Of a stretch of DNA of 64,000 nucleotides, positions 27,201 through 39,125 are shown one piece after another (within the stretch, counting starts at the first letter, position 1; every line of letters starts with the position of its first letter). The notes under the pieces are model-generated. The model saw nothing but the letters and a program-made list of their open reading frames with translations. It did not search any database and was not told where the DNA came from. The position numbers and the translations under genes were made by a program. Origin of the DNA: Eledone cirrhosa (Eukaryota); assembly GCA_964016885.1 (NCBI GenBank), contig OZ024742.1, positions 117,676,001 to 117,740,000 of the forward strand. Direction: 5' to 3'.

Positions 27201-30200
27201 TTATGTACAAATTGTAAGCTATAGGTAATGATAATTGTTTCTACTTTAGGCACATGGCCAGCAGTTTGGGGGAAAAGTCGATTAAATCGACCCGAGTGCA
27301 TTACTGGTGCTTTATTTTATCAACCCTGTAAGGATGAAAGGCAAAGCTAACCATGGCAGGATTTGAACCAGAATGTAAAGGGCCATAACTCTATGCTGCA
27401 AAGCATGGTCTCTGACGCTCTACTGATACTGCCAATTTCTCGTCCTATAGGTAATAATAATGAAAATTATTGTTTACAGTACTCAGGTGCACTACAACTC
27501 ATTAAAGGTGCATATATAGTACATAGAATAATGTACAAAAGTCAGGAAAGTGAAGTGTTCACACACACACATGCATGTGTGTATGTGTCTGAAATATTTC
27601 CAAATTTATAATTGCATGTAGGTTTATTAAATTGTAAAGGAATCTCTTCCCTCATCCTGAAACATTTTTATATATTTTTCATGTCCCACTGCTATTTTTT
27701 GTTCTTATTTTTTACTTTTATTTTTGAATTTCCTAAATGTTATTTCAGAAACAATATATGGAAATAATAGTAAGTTGCAATGTCTCTTATATTAGTCTAT
27801 TTGGATGTATCTAACTTTATTTCAAATATTTTAAATTATTTTTCTTCAGTTTTTTTTTTTTTTACTCTAACTCTGTCTCTTTCTGCCTCTTAACATACTA
27901 AACATACTACCTTTTTAACATACGAGAAACACTGCTTCTGATTATAATCAAATGTATTTATATTCAACAAATAACACAACCTATTTCTACCACAATAATC
28001 TACCACAAAAGAGCTACAACTACTAAGCATGAGGCTTTGAAATACATAAGAATTCATATTGGTGATGCATTAAGGGTTAATGGTCACCTATGTACTCTAT
28101 TCTGCTTTATATATCTATGTTATTGTTGCTAACTCTAAGTGTTTCCAAAACTTCTAATATATTTTGTTGATAACTAATTTATCTTTTTCGTTTTCTAATG
28201 TTTTACATGAATTTCTCTATACTTGCATGGTTGGGATGGTTTATTTATTTACAGTACATTCTCTAAAGTGGTTGGTATTAGGAATGGCATCTAGCCATAG
28301 AAACCTAGCCAAAATGAAGTGTACGAGCATGGCCTTGTCTCCAGACTGGTCTGGTCTCAGCACGTGACAGCCTGTCTAACCCATGCAACCATGGAAATTT
28401 TAAATGGTGATAATGATTTTTTAAATATATGTTGCAGCTCTTAAATGTAGAAAGAATGCCCTATATGGCTCTTCTTATTAAAGAAGTTGGCCTTACTTTG
28501 ATTAGAGCGATGGATTGCTCTTTGGACATTTTATGAATTTTATTAGTCAGCTGTAAATATGAGCAAGATGTGGTCCCCTGATCTGTCTAGTCTTGGAAAA
28601 CAGATGTGAAGTGATGATGAAGCGGAGGAGGATTGAGACAGATTATATTTTTTTAAATCAAAGTCAAAAATATGTAACTATATAACACAAGTAATTTAAT
28701 GACATATTATTTTTACCCACTCCTCTAACTTATATTGCTTCATTTAATAAGGAATGGATTTTTCATATTTAGTCATAAATATATTTTTTCACTGGTGGTG
28801 GTGGTGGTGGTGGTGGTGGTGGTGGTGTTCAAAAATTAAACAAAAAGAAAAACTTAAATACATGTTGGGAAATTAGGGTTTACCTTTTTAATCCCGACCT
28901 TCTGGGTGTCCACTCAAAAATCACTGAAAAGAATTGAACCTGAAAAAAAAGATACTTGACAAAAATCACAGTAATGATTTATTGAATGACTCAGGCTAAA
29001 GCAACAATGTTAAATGATTGCTAATTAACTAATTTGTAATTAGTTAATTAACTGAAATAAATACTGTTTCTTGTTGGATATATATCAGTATTACTTGAAA
29101 GACATGGAATCTCAATTTTGGATGGAATTATCTCCTCTGCAATAATGTGAAAGGTATTTCCTGGCTAGATCTTTTCATTTATCATTCATGGAATGCCATC
29201 AAACACTGTGCCTCACTGCATTTGTGTGTATGTGTGATAGAAATCTATGAGAACATTAGAAATAATAGATATTTCTAAATAGATGGAAACCTGACAAAAT
29301 ATGAATTGCATTTGTTACTAAAGAGCTTCTTTGTTAGTTCTTTGCCCTAATTATAGATGTCTTGGTTTGTTCTAATTGAGCCATAGCTCCAAGGATATAG
29401 CAGAGACCTTCTTTACCAATCAAAGAAATCTTAACATTATTCTAAATTAATATGTATCTCTTTTCTTTCTGGTTTCTTGTTTGCATTAAATGTTTTCTTT
29501 CTTTAAATGTTTCTATAGATATATATCATCATGATCCTTTTGCATTCATTTCTCCATGTTTGTATGGGTTGGACAAACCTTTTCAAGCACAGTTTCCCTC
29601 CACTTGTACTCTTCCGTCATTATCTCCTGCATTTTAAGATCTACTTTCACCACTTCAAACCAAATATTTTTTGGTCTTCTATGGTAGCTTCCTTCCTCAT
29701 CCATCCATCAATCATCAACCATATATATCACATATCCATACCAGTGCAGTCGCCTTTCTTACGTGCTATATTTGATTCTTTTTATACCCAATTTTTCTCT
29801 CAGTCTATCCATGATTTGCTATTCATTCTAATTAACATCACAAATCCATTGAAGCATACTCCATTTCTCTCTAGCCTTTGCATATCCTCTACATTGACTG
29901 CCCAGGTTTCACATCAATGCAAAATTGTACTTTGTACGCAGACATCATACAGCCAGCTTTTCATTCATAGAGAAAAACATTTTGTTTTCAACAAAGGTAG
30001 TTACTATACTTTCAAGAGCTATAACTTCCACTGCGATCACCTAGGTAACTGATGTTATTACTACTTTTATAGAACAGTCCAGAGATTTGAAAAAGTTTAT
30101 TTCATTGGGGCTCTTACTACTTACTACCACTCTGCATTTCCCACATACAAAGTCTATATGTATATATATAATCTAGGTCTAACAGTATTTGGATCATGTA

Positions 30201-33200
30201 TTTTTTAATATATATTTTTTTTAATATCCAGGATGAAAAACGAGAACAGTTGCAAGACAGTACTGATCTATTGTCAGATATGGACAGTGCCAGAGCAAGG
30301 TAGGCAAGCAAATGTCTCTTGGAAGTTCACCTGGCCATTACACAATAGCTCAAAAATGATCCCATTATGAGTATGCCATATGAGCAAAGTATAGCCCTAA
30401 GTACCTCAAGGAGTTCCCACCCCTCTAATCAAAACTAATGGTAGGGAATCTGATCTAAATGTAAACATTCAGTTCATTTGTGATGGCCAAGTGCTTGATG
30501 TTATTTGTGGAAGCTGTTATAAAAGGTTTGGGACATGGAATGTAGGGACAATGACAGGGGGATGAGAAGTGCTGGCAGCATTGTAGTGTACAGGAGACAA
30601 GATGGAAGGGAAGTTATGTGAAAAGATGAGTGGAAGACATGAACAAATTTGTGTGGCAGGTGTGTTCAGAAAATATATATTGTGTTGTCTTGATTTCTGC
30701 AGAATTTGTAGACACTGTGGTGAGTGTGACTTGGATGAGTGAACAGTTGATGATGGTGTAACTGCTGATTGAAAAGTTCTTGGTAAACACCTCAGGATAT
30801 GCCCAAAGAAAGACAAGTTTGGGTGTGCAAATGAAACGGTTGAAAACATAAATGACAATACTATTTTAAACTTGTTTTCTTTTTCTTAATATTTTTTTTT
30901 TCAGAGTTTCTGAAATTGAATCACAGCTATCATCACTTCAAGAGAAACAACAAAAAGGATCTCAATCACTCAAGTTTAGGGTAATCATTCTTCAATATGA
31001 TTATTTGTATTTTTTTTTTTTATTTCTATCCCACTGTATTATACTTTAGGCAAGTGTCTTCTACTATAGTCACTGGCTGACCATTGCTTTGTGAGTGAAA
31101 TTGGTAGATAGAAATTGTACAAAATCTGTTATATATACATGTGTGTGCATAGAGAATTTTCAGAAAATGAACTGGGTGGGGGGGGGAGTGATTCTCTCCC
31201 TGATGCCTGTGTATGAAGTATGATTTTATATGGTAATGAAACATGGGCATTGAATACAGAAAATGTGAGAAAATTAGAATGAAATGTATAATGTTAGTGT
31301 ATTTGAACAATGAAGCACAGATGAGATGAAGGAAAAACTAGGCCTAAGCGGAATCAGATATAGTGTATGAGAAGGTTGTGCTAGCATGGATACATAATGT
31401 GTATGGTTAATGAGCATTAGGTGAACAAATCTGAAATAGAAAAATACAGTATGCCCACTACAAAAATTTGAACCACACATCTGATTGAATTAACAATCAC
31501 ACTGCAGGGCATCCAGTAAACGATACAGGGTTCAAATCTCATGAGTAGGTCTGTGTTTCTTGTCTAATTCAAATTAGCGATTATAAAACCTAATATTTAG
31601 AAAATATTCTTTATAATCTATATACATGTAACATAATAATTTTCTCTAATTATTCTTTCAATGTTTTAACCTTTTTTTTTTGGCTATTTTATCATTTAGG
31701 TAGAAAATCTCTTTTGTCTTGGTTCCCCTTTGGGTGTATTTCTAACTCTCCGAGGTGTCCCACTTCATGGCTGTGATAATAACGGACATCCAAATATCAT
31801 TCCATCAAATTTGTGCCATAGACTCTTTAACATTTACCATCCAACCGACCCAATTGTAAGTAATCAGTTTATATTACATTATTATTGGCAGTATCGGTAG
31901 AGCGTCGGACAATATTCTTGGTGGCATATAATTACGTTCCTTTACCATTCTGAGTTCAAATGCCGCCAAGATTTACTTTGCCTCTCATCCTTATGGGGTC
32001 AATAAAATAAAGCACCAGTAATACACTGAGGTTGATTTAATCGACTTGTCACTCCCCCAAAAAATTGTTGGGATTGTGCCTAAATCAGAAACCATTATTA
32101 TTACAGGGGTCTATAAAATAAAGTTCCAGTAATACACTGGGTAATTGCTGGCCTTGTGCCAAAAGTATAAACAATTATTATTATTGGTAGTTGCTGACAT
32201 TGGATGTGTGTCATTTTGGCTTGTAAGTTATGTTATTTCTTAACTGTCTCTGATGTGTTTTATTTGGAAATTATTACTAAATATTATATGTAAGATCAAA
32301 TAATCTGTTTTTACAAAAATATCTCTGGCCCTGAGTAACAACCTTTCTAAATGAAAATTTTTTTTTTTTTTATCTGAGATTTCTTTCAAAATGCCATCAA
32401 TTTGGGTACAAAAAAATATACAACTTGAGGAGAGGATGGGGGTAGTTGTTATCAGTTGTTCCTTTATTTCTCTCTCTTAATAACAGTCATTTCCAATATC
32501 TCCCCCACCTCCACAACTGCAACGATAAAAACACTAGTAAAAATGAAAAAGACCAAAATGGAAACTTTTCTTTTTTTAAACCCAAAAGAAAATATATGTT
32601 TGATGAATACCAATGCAAACAATATCACTGACACCACCACCAGCTCTACAACAACAAAATACCATTGAAAATAATAATGACAATAACATCACCAGTAACT
32701 GAAAAAACAATACAAAAGGCAACAGCTATTGCATCCCCAGTGACAAACAACAGCAGCAAGAACATCTTTTTCAGCCATTGCAGGTGCCCAGAAAGAGTTA
32801 TATCTGCTATCATGTGCCAACAAAAATGCTAAATTGGTCCAGGCTGTGTGAGTTGTTAATATGAAAAAAGAAGGGCCATGGTAATGCTTCCATCCGAGCT
32901 GATGGCAGAAACTGAAATGAAGCAGTGTATTCGTGCAGAGCCAGCAACCACAAACAGCGTTAAATGCTCAGGTGGAGAATACTCTAAAAGAAATATGGTC
33001 AGCTTGGCCACATTGCCAGTTTGCCAATATAGAGGTCCTCTTCAAAAGAAAGGCGCATGCACAGAAACACTAGGTGTTAGCAAAGAGGTTGTCATTGAAA
33101 GTGCAATCGATAAAGTGTAGATGTACACAATCTCAAACAGGCCTAGCCACAACAACCTCTGTCTCATGTGATACATCATAGAGAGGGTTGAATGTAAAGT

Positions 33201-36200
33201 TGGTTTTGATTGGGCTCTGATCAGTTTGGATCCATCAAGAGCTTTCAACAGAGTTGCCTATTGGTACTTAGAGGCTGGTAGTTTTAATCCCATCTTCTGA
33301 GTTTGGATTGCTTCAATACACAGCAGCATCTACTTGATTGACAGACTAATTGCAGCGATGGCAAACACTCAGATGGGATGACCCATTTTGTGCATACCTC
33401 TGTCTGGCACATTTTTTGCAGCTTGTCTCTTTGACTGACCTGGTTACCGGGCATCTGGAATGTTGTCAGGTGCTCACAGCCCTCTATCATTTAGACAATG
33501 TAATCAGTGGGAATTCCACATTAGCATTCTATAAAGAAACTAGTGGTGGGCAAGAACAGCAATGTTCTTGGGCAAACTCAAAACATCAATCAGGATAGAC
33601 CATTTTGGTAGACTTTTGGCCCAGGGACAATGGATAATTTCCAGAAATCCCTAGCCTGGCAGTGTTACTGGAAAGTCACTGCTAGTTCGAAATTAACTCT
33701 ACAGGCATTGAAGTTCTGTCAGTTGGGCCTGTCTGAGATCTATAGTTGGTGATAAATCCGTTTTGCACCCATATGTCCCATGTCTCTCATACTCAACACA
33801 GCATATGTTAGAAGTTTTAAGATAAATTTAATGCTGGGATAACTACAGATTTTTTAAAATAAACCTTGATGTGAAAACAAACAATTGAAAACCATAAAAA
33901 ACTTCCTTTATGTGTTTAACAAATTATTGTCTGTTCATCAGAAATCAACTACCCTATGCTTCTACTTATGGGAAGAGCTTATAGCAGTTGCTATTTTTTG
34001 TCAAACACAATGTAGAACCTAATGTAGAAATGGCCAGTATTATTTGTATTTGTTTGGTCGGTGGATTGGCAGTATCGGTAGGGGGTTGGACGACATGCTT
34101 TGACGCATAGAGTTACGGCCCTTGCCATTCTGAGTTCAAATCCTGCCGAGGTTAACTTTGTCTTTCATCCTTATGGGGTCGATAAAATAAAGTACCAGTA
34201 ATACACTGGGTAATTGCTGGCCTTGTTCCAAAAGTAGAAACAATTATTTGTATTTGTTTGGCAATGTAATTAATTAAATAATATATGTTGTAAATAAACT
34301 GATAAATTTATAAAGAAACTGGGCAGGATTAAGAATTTGAATTTTATTTGCTTTTATTATAAATAGTTGCAACAATTTATATATTAATATTTAAATAGTT
34401 GAATAATTCAGATAATTTACTATTGGAGATGGTGTTTCTGTCAAACTTTTTAAATCTATTTTATCCTTAATATTTGAATCATAGCAGCTTTTCACAACAA
34501 AAGCAAATAAATATCAAATTGGCAATATATATTGATGATGAATTAATCAAGTGTTTAATGAACTAATTATCTAATTGATTAATAAAACTGAAGTGAAACA
34601 CATTTTGATTAGCAGTATGACCTTCCTAAAATACATTAATAACTGTTTTAATGCATAATTTCACATCAAGAATCTTGTAAAACAAATTAAAAAATTAATA
34701 TTCCATGATGATATAATATTTTCATTTATTTTTATTAATCTATTTTTAGGCCTATCGCATCGAACCTTTAATCTACAAACATTATGCATCTATTTTACCT
34801 GTGGATATCCACCGGTTTGATGCCCCATTAAAGAGACCTTATTCAGAGTGTTCAGGAAGGGGAGTTCCTTCTGATATTCTTGTTGATTCCAGTAGTGAAC
34901 ACAGTATTACAAGCATTGCAGAATCTTCTATTGAAACTGAAGCAGAATCCTCATCTATACCCAAAACCATTGGTTATTCTTTGGGTAAGTTTAACTTAGA
35001 AATTTGAAATTCATCCTTTAGAGTGCTGTCATTTACTTTTTTTATAAGCTCTAGCTTTGTTATCTCTCTCTTTTTCTTTCACTTTCACTCTCTCTCTAGG
35101 AAACATGTTCTTAACTTTAATTAAAAAGTCACCTTCAGATTTATTAACTCGCGAACTTAAAAAGATGGAAACGGAAGCAAGAAATTTTGAAGAAATGAAT
35201 CCTACTCTAATGCCAAGTTGTTCTGTGCAAAATGCTCCAAGTATGTATTTAAAGATTGTTTTTTTTTTTTGTTTATATATCAATGGTTCTCAAACTGTTG
35301 TTTGTGGACAACTGGGAGTTAACAAATATAGTACTTTAGGACAACAAACGTAGTATGGAGGGGTGTCCGAGATTGTTGAGTTGATAGACCTTTCAAATAC
35401 CTAGGGTCCTTGGTAGTGAAAAGATTGGACGCCACTGTTTTATATCACCTTTTCCCATAATATATATATATAACCATTAATGTTCTACCTAATTAAGACA
35501 GGAGTTGTAACCATTTTAGAATTTATTGTAGTATTAATGTGAAGCTAAGCAAAATTTGTTTTTGTGGGAAAGTAGTATCTTATTACATGTCATTGAGTAT
35601 TCCAAAACTACAGTCAGATATATAATGTTGAATAGTAAAAAAAAATAAGATAAAGTTAATTAATCCATTATTTTATGCTAAAAAGAAAATTATTGATGCC
35701 CATACTAACAGACTAAATTGCAAAGATGGCAAACACCCAAATTGGATGACCCGCTTTATGCACACCTTGGGTCATATATTAGTTTGGAAGACTATTATTT
35801 CTAATATTTTCACCAAGAGCCACATCCCACAGGTTGCTTATCCACCTGTTCAGTACTGTGAGGAAAACCAAAGCAGGCAAGTGGTACAAGTATGCATTGT
35901 TGCTAATCACATGTATGTTTGAACCAGTTGCAATGGAACCAATTGTAAATCAACAAAGCTTTCACCAAGCCTATCATAACAAACTCTACTTCATGTCTGT
36001 GGAAGTAAATAAGTTTGGCAATTGTTTATAACAATGTTTTGTGGAACAGTGCACTGCTAGAGTGAAAATCTCTTTTCTATGACAACTAGTTTAGCCCATT
36101 TCTCTTGGTGTCTGAATAATGGAAAGCAATTTTTTTCCTTGATCAATTTTTCTTTCCTTTCTTTCATGAAATTGAGTTCAATCTCCCCATTATTTTCTGT

Positions 36201-36647
36201 GTCAAGGCGGTGGATTGGCAGTATCGGTAGAGGGTCAGACGCCATGCTTTGCAGCAAAGAGTTACGGCCCTTTATGGTCTGAGTTCAAATCCCGCCAAGG
36301 TTAACTTTGCCTTTCATCCTTATGGGGTCGATAAAATAAAGTATCAGTAATGTACTGGGTAATTGCTGGCCTTGTGCCAAAAGTAGAAACAATTATTTTC
36401 TGTGTGATTATATTATATATTTTCTACAAGTTGGATTTGTCAATATGTATGTTTTTATTATTAATAATTTTTTTTTTTTTTTTTTTTTTTTACAGTTCTG
36501 GAATATCGTATGGATTTCCAGTTGAAAGAAAGCAGTTTTGAGAACAGTTACATATCTGCACTAACTTCACACACTGCCTATTGGTCAAACCAAGATGTAG
36601 CTTTTTTCATTCTAACCCATGTCTTTCCTAACATTCAAACATGTTAG
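4708..36647 (+). CDS. DDHD1: Phospholipase DDHD1-like (PA-preferring PLA1); 14 coding exons, 2280 nt, 759 aa
   Basis: Spliced translation matches remembered DDHD1 motifs throughout: PEEVRW...[91 protein letters not shown]. All junctions are GT-AG and phase-compatible. Confidence 0.95.
5620..6849. mobile_element. hAT-like non-autonomous element carrying a nested insertion
   Basis: TIRs CAGTGGCGGACTGG / CCAGTCTGCCACTG; near-matching 8-bp flanks TATGTATA / TATATATA. Confidence 0.65.
6240..6586 (-). mobile_element. Penelope-like pseudo-LTR fragment with a minimal hammerhead motif, nested in the hAT element
   Basis: Bounded by TA microsatellites; minus strand reads ATAC-CTGATGA-hairpin-GAAA-TGTTC-GTA-GTAT-AATAAA (6424-6487). 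Confidence 0.55.
7420..8060 (+). mobile_element. RTE LINE 3' fragment
   Basis: VGVYQG.VL.PL.F, LHGSET and GRGRPRKTW motifs, with stops. Confidence 0.8.
8608..8775 (+). CDS. DDHD1: DDHD1 exon 2
   Basis: tttgaag|GT...[18 protein letters not shown]...|gtaaga; phase 1-1. Confidence 0.93.
9510..9693 (+). mobile_element. tRNA-derived SINE family A (5'-truncated copy)
   Basis: TGGCAGTATCGG (A-box-like), GTTCAAATCC (B box), core GCCTTTCATCC...GTCGATAAAATAAAGTACCAG; many copies in the window. Confidence 0.85.
10723..10851 (+). CDS. DDHD1: DDHD1 exon 3
   Basis: ttgcag|...[34 protein letters not shown]|gtaagt; phase 1-1. Confidence 0.92.
11355..11585. mobile_element. Tc1/mariner-type MITE
   Basis: TIRs CAGGGTGAGCATAAAGTCTT / AAGACTTTATGCTCACCGAG flanked by TA on both sides. 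Confidence 0.8.
11745..12283. repeat. 20-bp minisatellite (consensus ~ TCAGTGGYTATGACATCACA), ~27 units
   Basis: Direct inspection of the tandem units in DDHD1 intron 3. Confidence 0.9.
12847..12985 (+). CDS. DDHD1: DDHD1 exon 4
   Basis: ctgcag|GTKLCRGY...[15 protein letters not shown]...|gtacgt; phase 1-2. Confidence 0.95.
16727..16842 (+). CDS. DDHD1: DDHD1 exon 5
   Basis: gtgtag|...[17 protein letters not shown]|gtaggt; phase 2-1. Confidence 0.95.
20270..21401 (+). mobile_element. RTE LINE 3' part with 3' UTR and (GAT)n tail
   Basis: [18 protein letters not shown] and [18 protein letters not shown] motifs; 3' UTR shared with the SINE family B tail. Confidence 0.85.
21459..21565 (+). CDS. 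DDHD1: DDHD1 exon 6
   Basis: tatcag|DTVELITP...[18 protein letters not shown]|gtaagt; phase 1-0. Confidence 0.95.
22936..23047 (+). CDS. DDHD1: DDHD1 exon 7 (catalytic serine, AHSLG)
   Basis: ttttag|[21 protein letters not shown]...[12 protein letters not shown]|gtaagt; phase 0-1. Confidence 0.95.
24557..24633 (+). CDS. DDHD1: DDHD1 exon 8
   Basis: tcatag|[25 protein letters not shown]|gtaagt; phase 1-0. Confidence 0.93.
24850..25500 (-). mobile_element. RTE-like LINE fragment (second family)
   Basis: Minus strand [14 protein letters not shown]...TLTYGHESW...IQAAGMGFL motifs. Confidence 0.7.
26700..27225 (+). mobile_element. RTE LINE RT fragment
   Basis: [32 protein letters not shown] and AFIDLEK motifs. 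Confidence 0.8.
27233..27447 (-). mobile_element. SINE family A copy, antisense to DDHD1
   Basis: Reverse complement of the family A head, core and tail. Confidence 0.75.
27749..27769 (+). CDS. Candidate 21-nt DDHD1 micro-exon (KQYMEII)
   Basis: T-rich upstream tract, tttcag| acceptor and |gtaagt donor; phase 0-0, fits between exons 8 and 9 without a frameshift. Confidence 0.5.
30232..30299 (+). CDS. DDHD1: DDHD1 exon 9
   Basis: atccag|[22 protein letters not shown]|gtaggc; phase 0-2. Confidence 0.85.
30905..30980 (+). CDS. DDHD1: DDHD1 exon 10
   Basis: tttcag|[25 protein letters not shown]|gtaatc; phase 2-0. Confidence 0.9.
31700..31855 (+). CDS. DDHD1: DDHD1 exon 11 (start of DDHD domain)
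   Basis: atttag|[19 protein letters not shown]...[11 protein letters not shown]|gtaagt; phase 0-0. Confidence 0.95.
31884..32178 (+). mobile_element. SINE family A variant plus a second 3' fragment
   Basis: Same head and core as other copies; duplicated tail. Confidence 0.75.
32870..33800 (+). mobile_element. Highly degenerate Tx1/L1-like LINE fragment
   Basis: NNLCLM.YIIERV...[14 protein letters not shown] resembles the RT motif LDQxKAFDRV. Confidence 0.5.
34058..34242 (+). mobile_element. SINE family A, near full-length, with 19-bp TSD
   Basis: TSD ATTATTTGTATTTGTTTGG at 34039-34057 and 34243-34261. Confidence 0.9.
34750..34984 (+). CDS. DDHD1: DDHD1 exon 12
   Basis: ttttag|[24 protein letters not shown]...GYSL-G|gtaagt; phase 0-1. 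Confidence 0.92.
35100..35240 (+). CDS. DDHD1: DDHD1 exon 13
   Basis: Long pyrimidine tract, ctctag|...[23 protein letters not shown]...NAP|gtatgt; phase 1-1. Confidence 0.82.
35281..35437. mobile_element. Short hAT-type MITE
   Basis: Ends CAATGGTTCTCAA / TTGGACGCCACTG; imperfect 8-bp flanks TTATATAT / TTTTATAT. Confidence 0.5.
36206..36391 (+). mobile_element. SINE family A, full-length, with TSD
   Basis: TSD ATTATTTTCTGTGT at 36189-36202 and 36392-36405. Confidence 0.88.
36496..36647 (+). CDS. DDHD1: DDHD1 terminal coding exon
   Basis: ttacag|[49 protein letters not shown]-stop; AATAAA downstream at ~36906. Confidence 0.95.
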
Positions 36648-37789
36648 CATTGCAAAAATAATAAATATCAAGGACAATGATATTGGTTTATTTTTCCGGT
36701 TATTTTTTTTAACATTAATTACTACAATTGTGAATATGTATTCGTTTTTTTCATCACCTTTTTTTATAATTATTTACTCTGAGTTTTTTTTTTCAATTTT
36801 TTTTTGTTTTTTCTATAACATGGTTCTATAAAAGAAAAAGTAATTTTTTTTTGTGTTTGTTCACATTATTGTAAAAGAAAGAAGAGTAACGATTATAATA
36901 TTTGGAATAAATAAATCTAATGACTGTAAAATTCATGTAGCCACTAGATATAATGTTTTGATATAATGTTTAACTTTGACTATAGTCAATATTTTAGAAT
37001 GATTTTTCACCTTATGAGATCAGCATATGATAAAGTTTATAAATGTATGTTTATATTTATATACATAAATACGTTATTTTTTGGGAAGTGAGGGTCCAAT
37101 ATCTTGCATATACACATACCTATTATGAGATTTTTGTATTTGTAGAGAAAATATTTATGTGGGTGTGTGTAGTTATGGTTTTGAGCATATATCCAGAGTT
37201 TTTTTTCTAAAATACTTCTTCAGTTCTAGATACACTATTCATCACCATCATCAACTTCATGTCCCCTTTTCCATGGACTGAATGAGATATTGTTACGGCA
37301 GTTTTTTTTCTGCAGCCAGATACCATTCCCAATGTCACCCTCATAATTCATTTTATACATGATATGTAACTGGCCTTTTTTAAATAGTGTTGATATGAAG
37401 ACATTTGTGGTAACAAACATAAATATACACACACACACATACAGAGATGAATATGGGTAGCATTGCTGCTGAAAAAATGTATTTTTCTGTAACAAAACAG
37501 AACAAAAAATTTATTTTTCTCTATTTCCCTCTGTGAATATATCACAGTTGCCAGTATGTTCTGAGAATGTCAGACAGCACTGTTTCAATATTTATTAATC
37601 TTTCATCAGTGACACTCACTCAAAATGTACTGGCATGAAATAGATTATTTTGGCAGAGAAGCTACCCATATGTTTATTGTATATAAACATACATATGTTT
37701 TCATATATACCTCAGTTATGCTCATACACTGTCTTAGTGCTACCACCAATTATATATATATATATATATATATTATTTATATTAAGAGG

Positions 37790-39125
37790 TTGACTTAACT
37801 CTGAATTACCAGCAATTTCAAAATGAAAACATGTCTGTTTTGATCAGATACATTGGTCAGTTTTCCTGGTGATTGACATCGTAGGTTGCTGCAGTATATG
37901 CAGTCTTTCGTGGAAGCAGAGTTGACAGTTGCTTCCTCGAGGTAATATGGGGTTCTTTGTCTAGAATGCGCCATTTTATACTTGGTCATGGAGCCTCCAT
38001 ATGAAATTTGACAGAGTGGTAGAGTTCTGCCTGTTTCTGTACCTAAACAAGTGTTCATGCAGGGTAAATTTACCATTGAATTCATTGGCTGTTAGGCCTG
38101 TATAATTCCTCTGGAAGCCGTTTGGTGGTTCTTTGATAGGCAGGATACATCTACAAGACATTTGGTAGATTTTGGAGTTTGTGTGTGTGCGGCCTTTTTT
38201 CTGCTATAGCATGCAGGAGTAGCTGAACTTAATGTTGTGTAAGTTGAAAATCTTGTGGTACTTATGGTTATATGAAGCTTTTAGCTGTATTTTAACCCCA
38301 TAGACACATCGAACAGCAAGACCCATCCTTTTTTTTTACCTAGTATTAATTGTCGTGCAACAGTAGTAACTTTCTGGAATTTGGAATTATTATGATATCC
38401 AAGTCACTGGTTCAAAATCTAGGGTTTTCAGTTGGAGAGATTTCAATGTGGATGGATAAAAGTCCATGATCTTGAATGGAGTGAGTCTGTTGGCTATTTT
38501 ATTCTCATTGTTGTGAAATCAACTGATGACAGCATTGAGGGAGTCTCATTGGACAAAGCTAGTTGTCTTTTTGATTTCAGAGTTGATACCATCGAGGATA
38601 CACTTACTAAGTATGCCTATTTCACTCTTAAGGAGACTAATCAACCTGCGCTTAGGGTTGAAAAAAAATTTTGTTTGTGATCCTCCAGTAACCTATAATA
38701 TCCATCAAGAAAACTGACCTAAAGTTTTGCTGCTGCCAAAGAAATGTCTTTGTAGGCACCTTCATACTACTGGCCTCAGACACCCTTTACAGCTCATGTA
38801 TGTGTGAGGCAGACAGCTCAAATCAGCATGTACATCATGAAAACACCTACACGAGACCCACCAACAGCATCAGATACACAAAGCAGAAGAACTACCAGAC
38901 ATTAATGCTACAGGGTGCCCATGCATAAATACACTGGATGTTGCTTATTTATCAATGCTACCATGTGACCTGAATCAACCAATGGAAACTCCTAAGTGCA
39001 TGGCTCCAAACTCTGTTCTCTATTTTATTTTACTTTTATCCAATGCATCTGATGAGATAGATGTATTTCCATCTTAAATCTACTGGTAATGCACAATTAA
39101 GTTAATCTGTTAATATAAATACTCT
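37790..39125 (-). mobile_element. Degenerate Penelope-like retroelement (RT and GIY-YIG remnants on -, oppositely oriented pseudo-LTR with hammerhead remnant on +)
   Basis: Minus strand NPKRRLISLLKSEIGILSKCILDGINSEI...DFYPS (RT) and YTGLTANEF...RNRQNSTTLSNFIWRL...GSNCQLC..ERLHIL (GIY-YIG); TGCAT-CTGATGA...GTA-ATGCA at 39044-39093 on +. Confidence 0.75.

Noticed and set aside
34058-34150. tRNA-like A and B boxes
   Set aside because: These are SINE heads with no cloverleaf; no genuine tRNA gene was found in the window.
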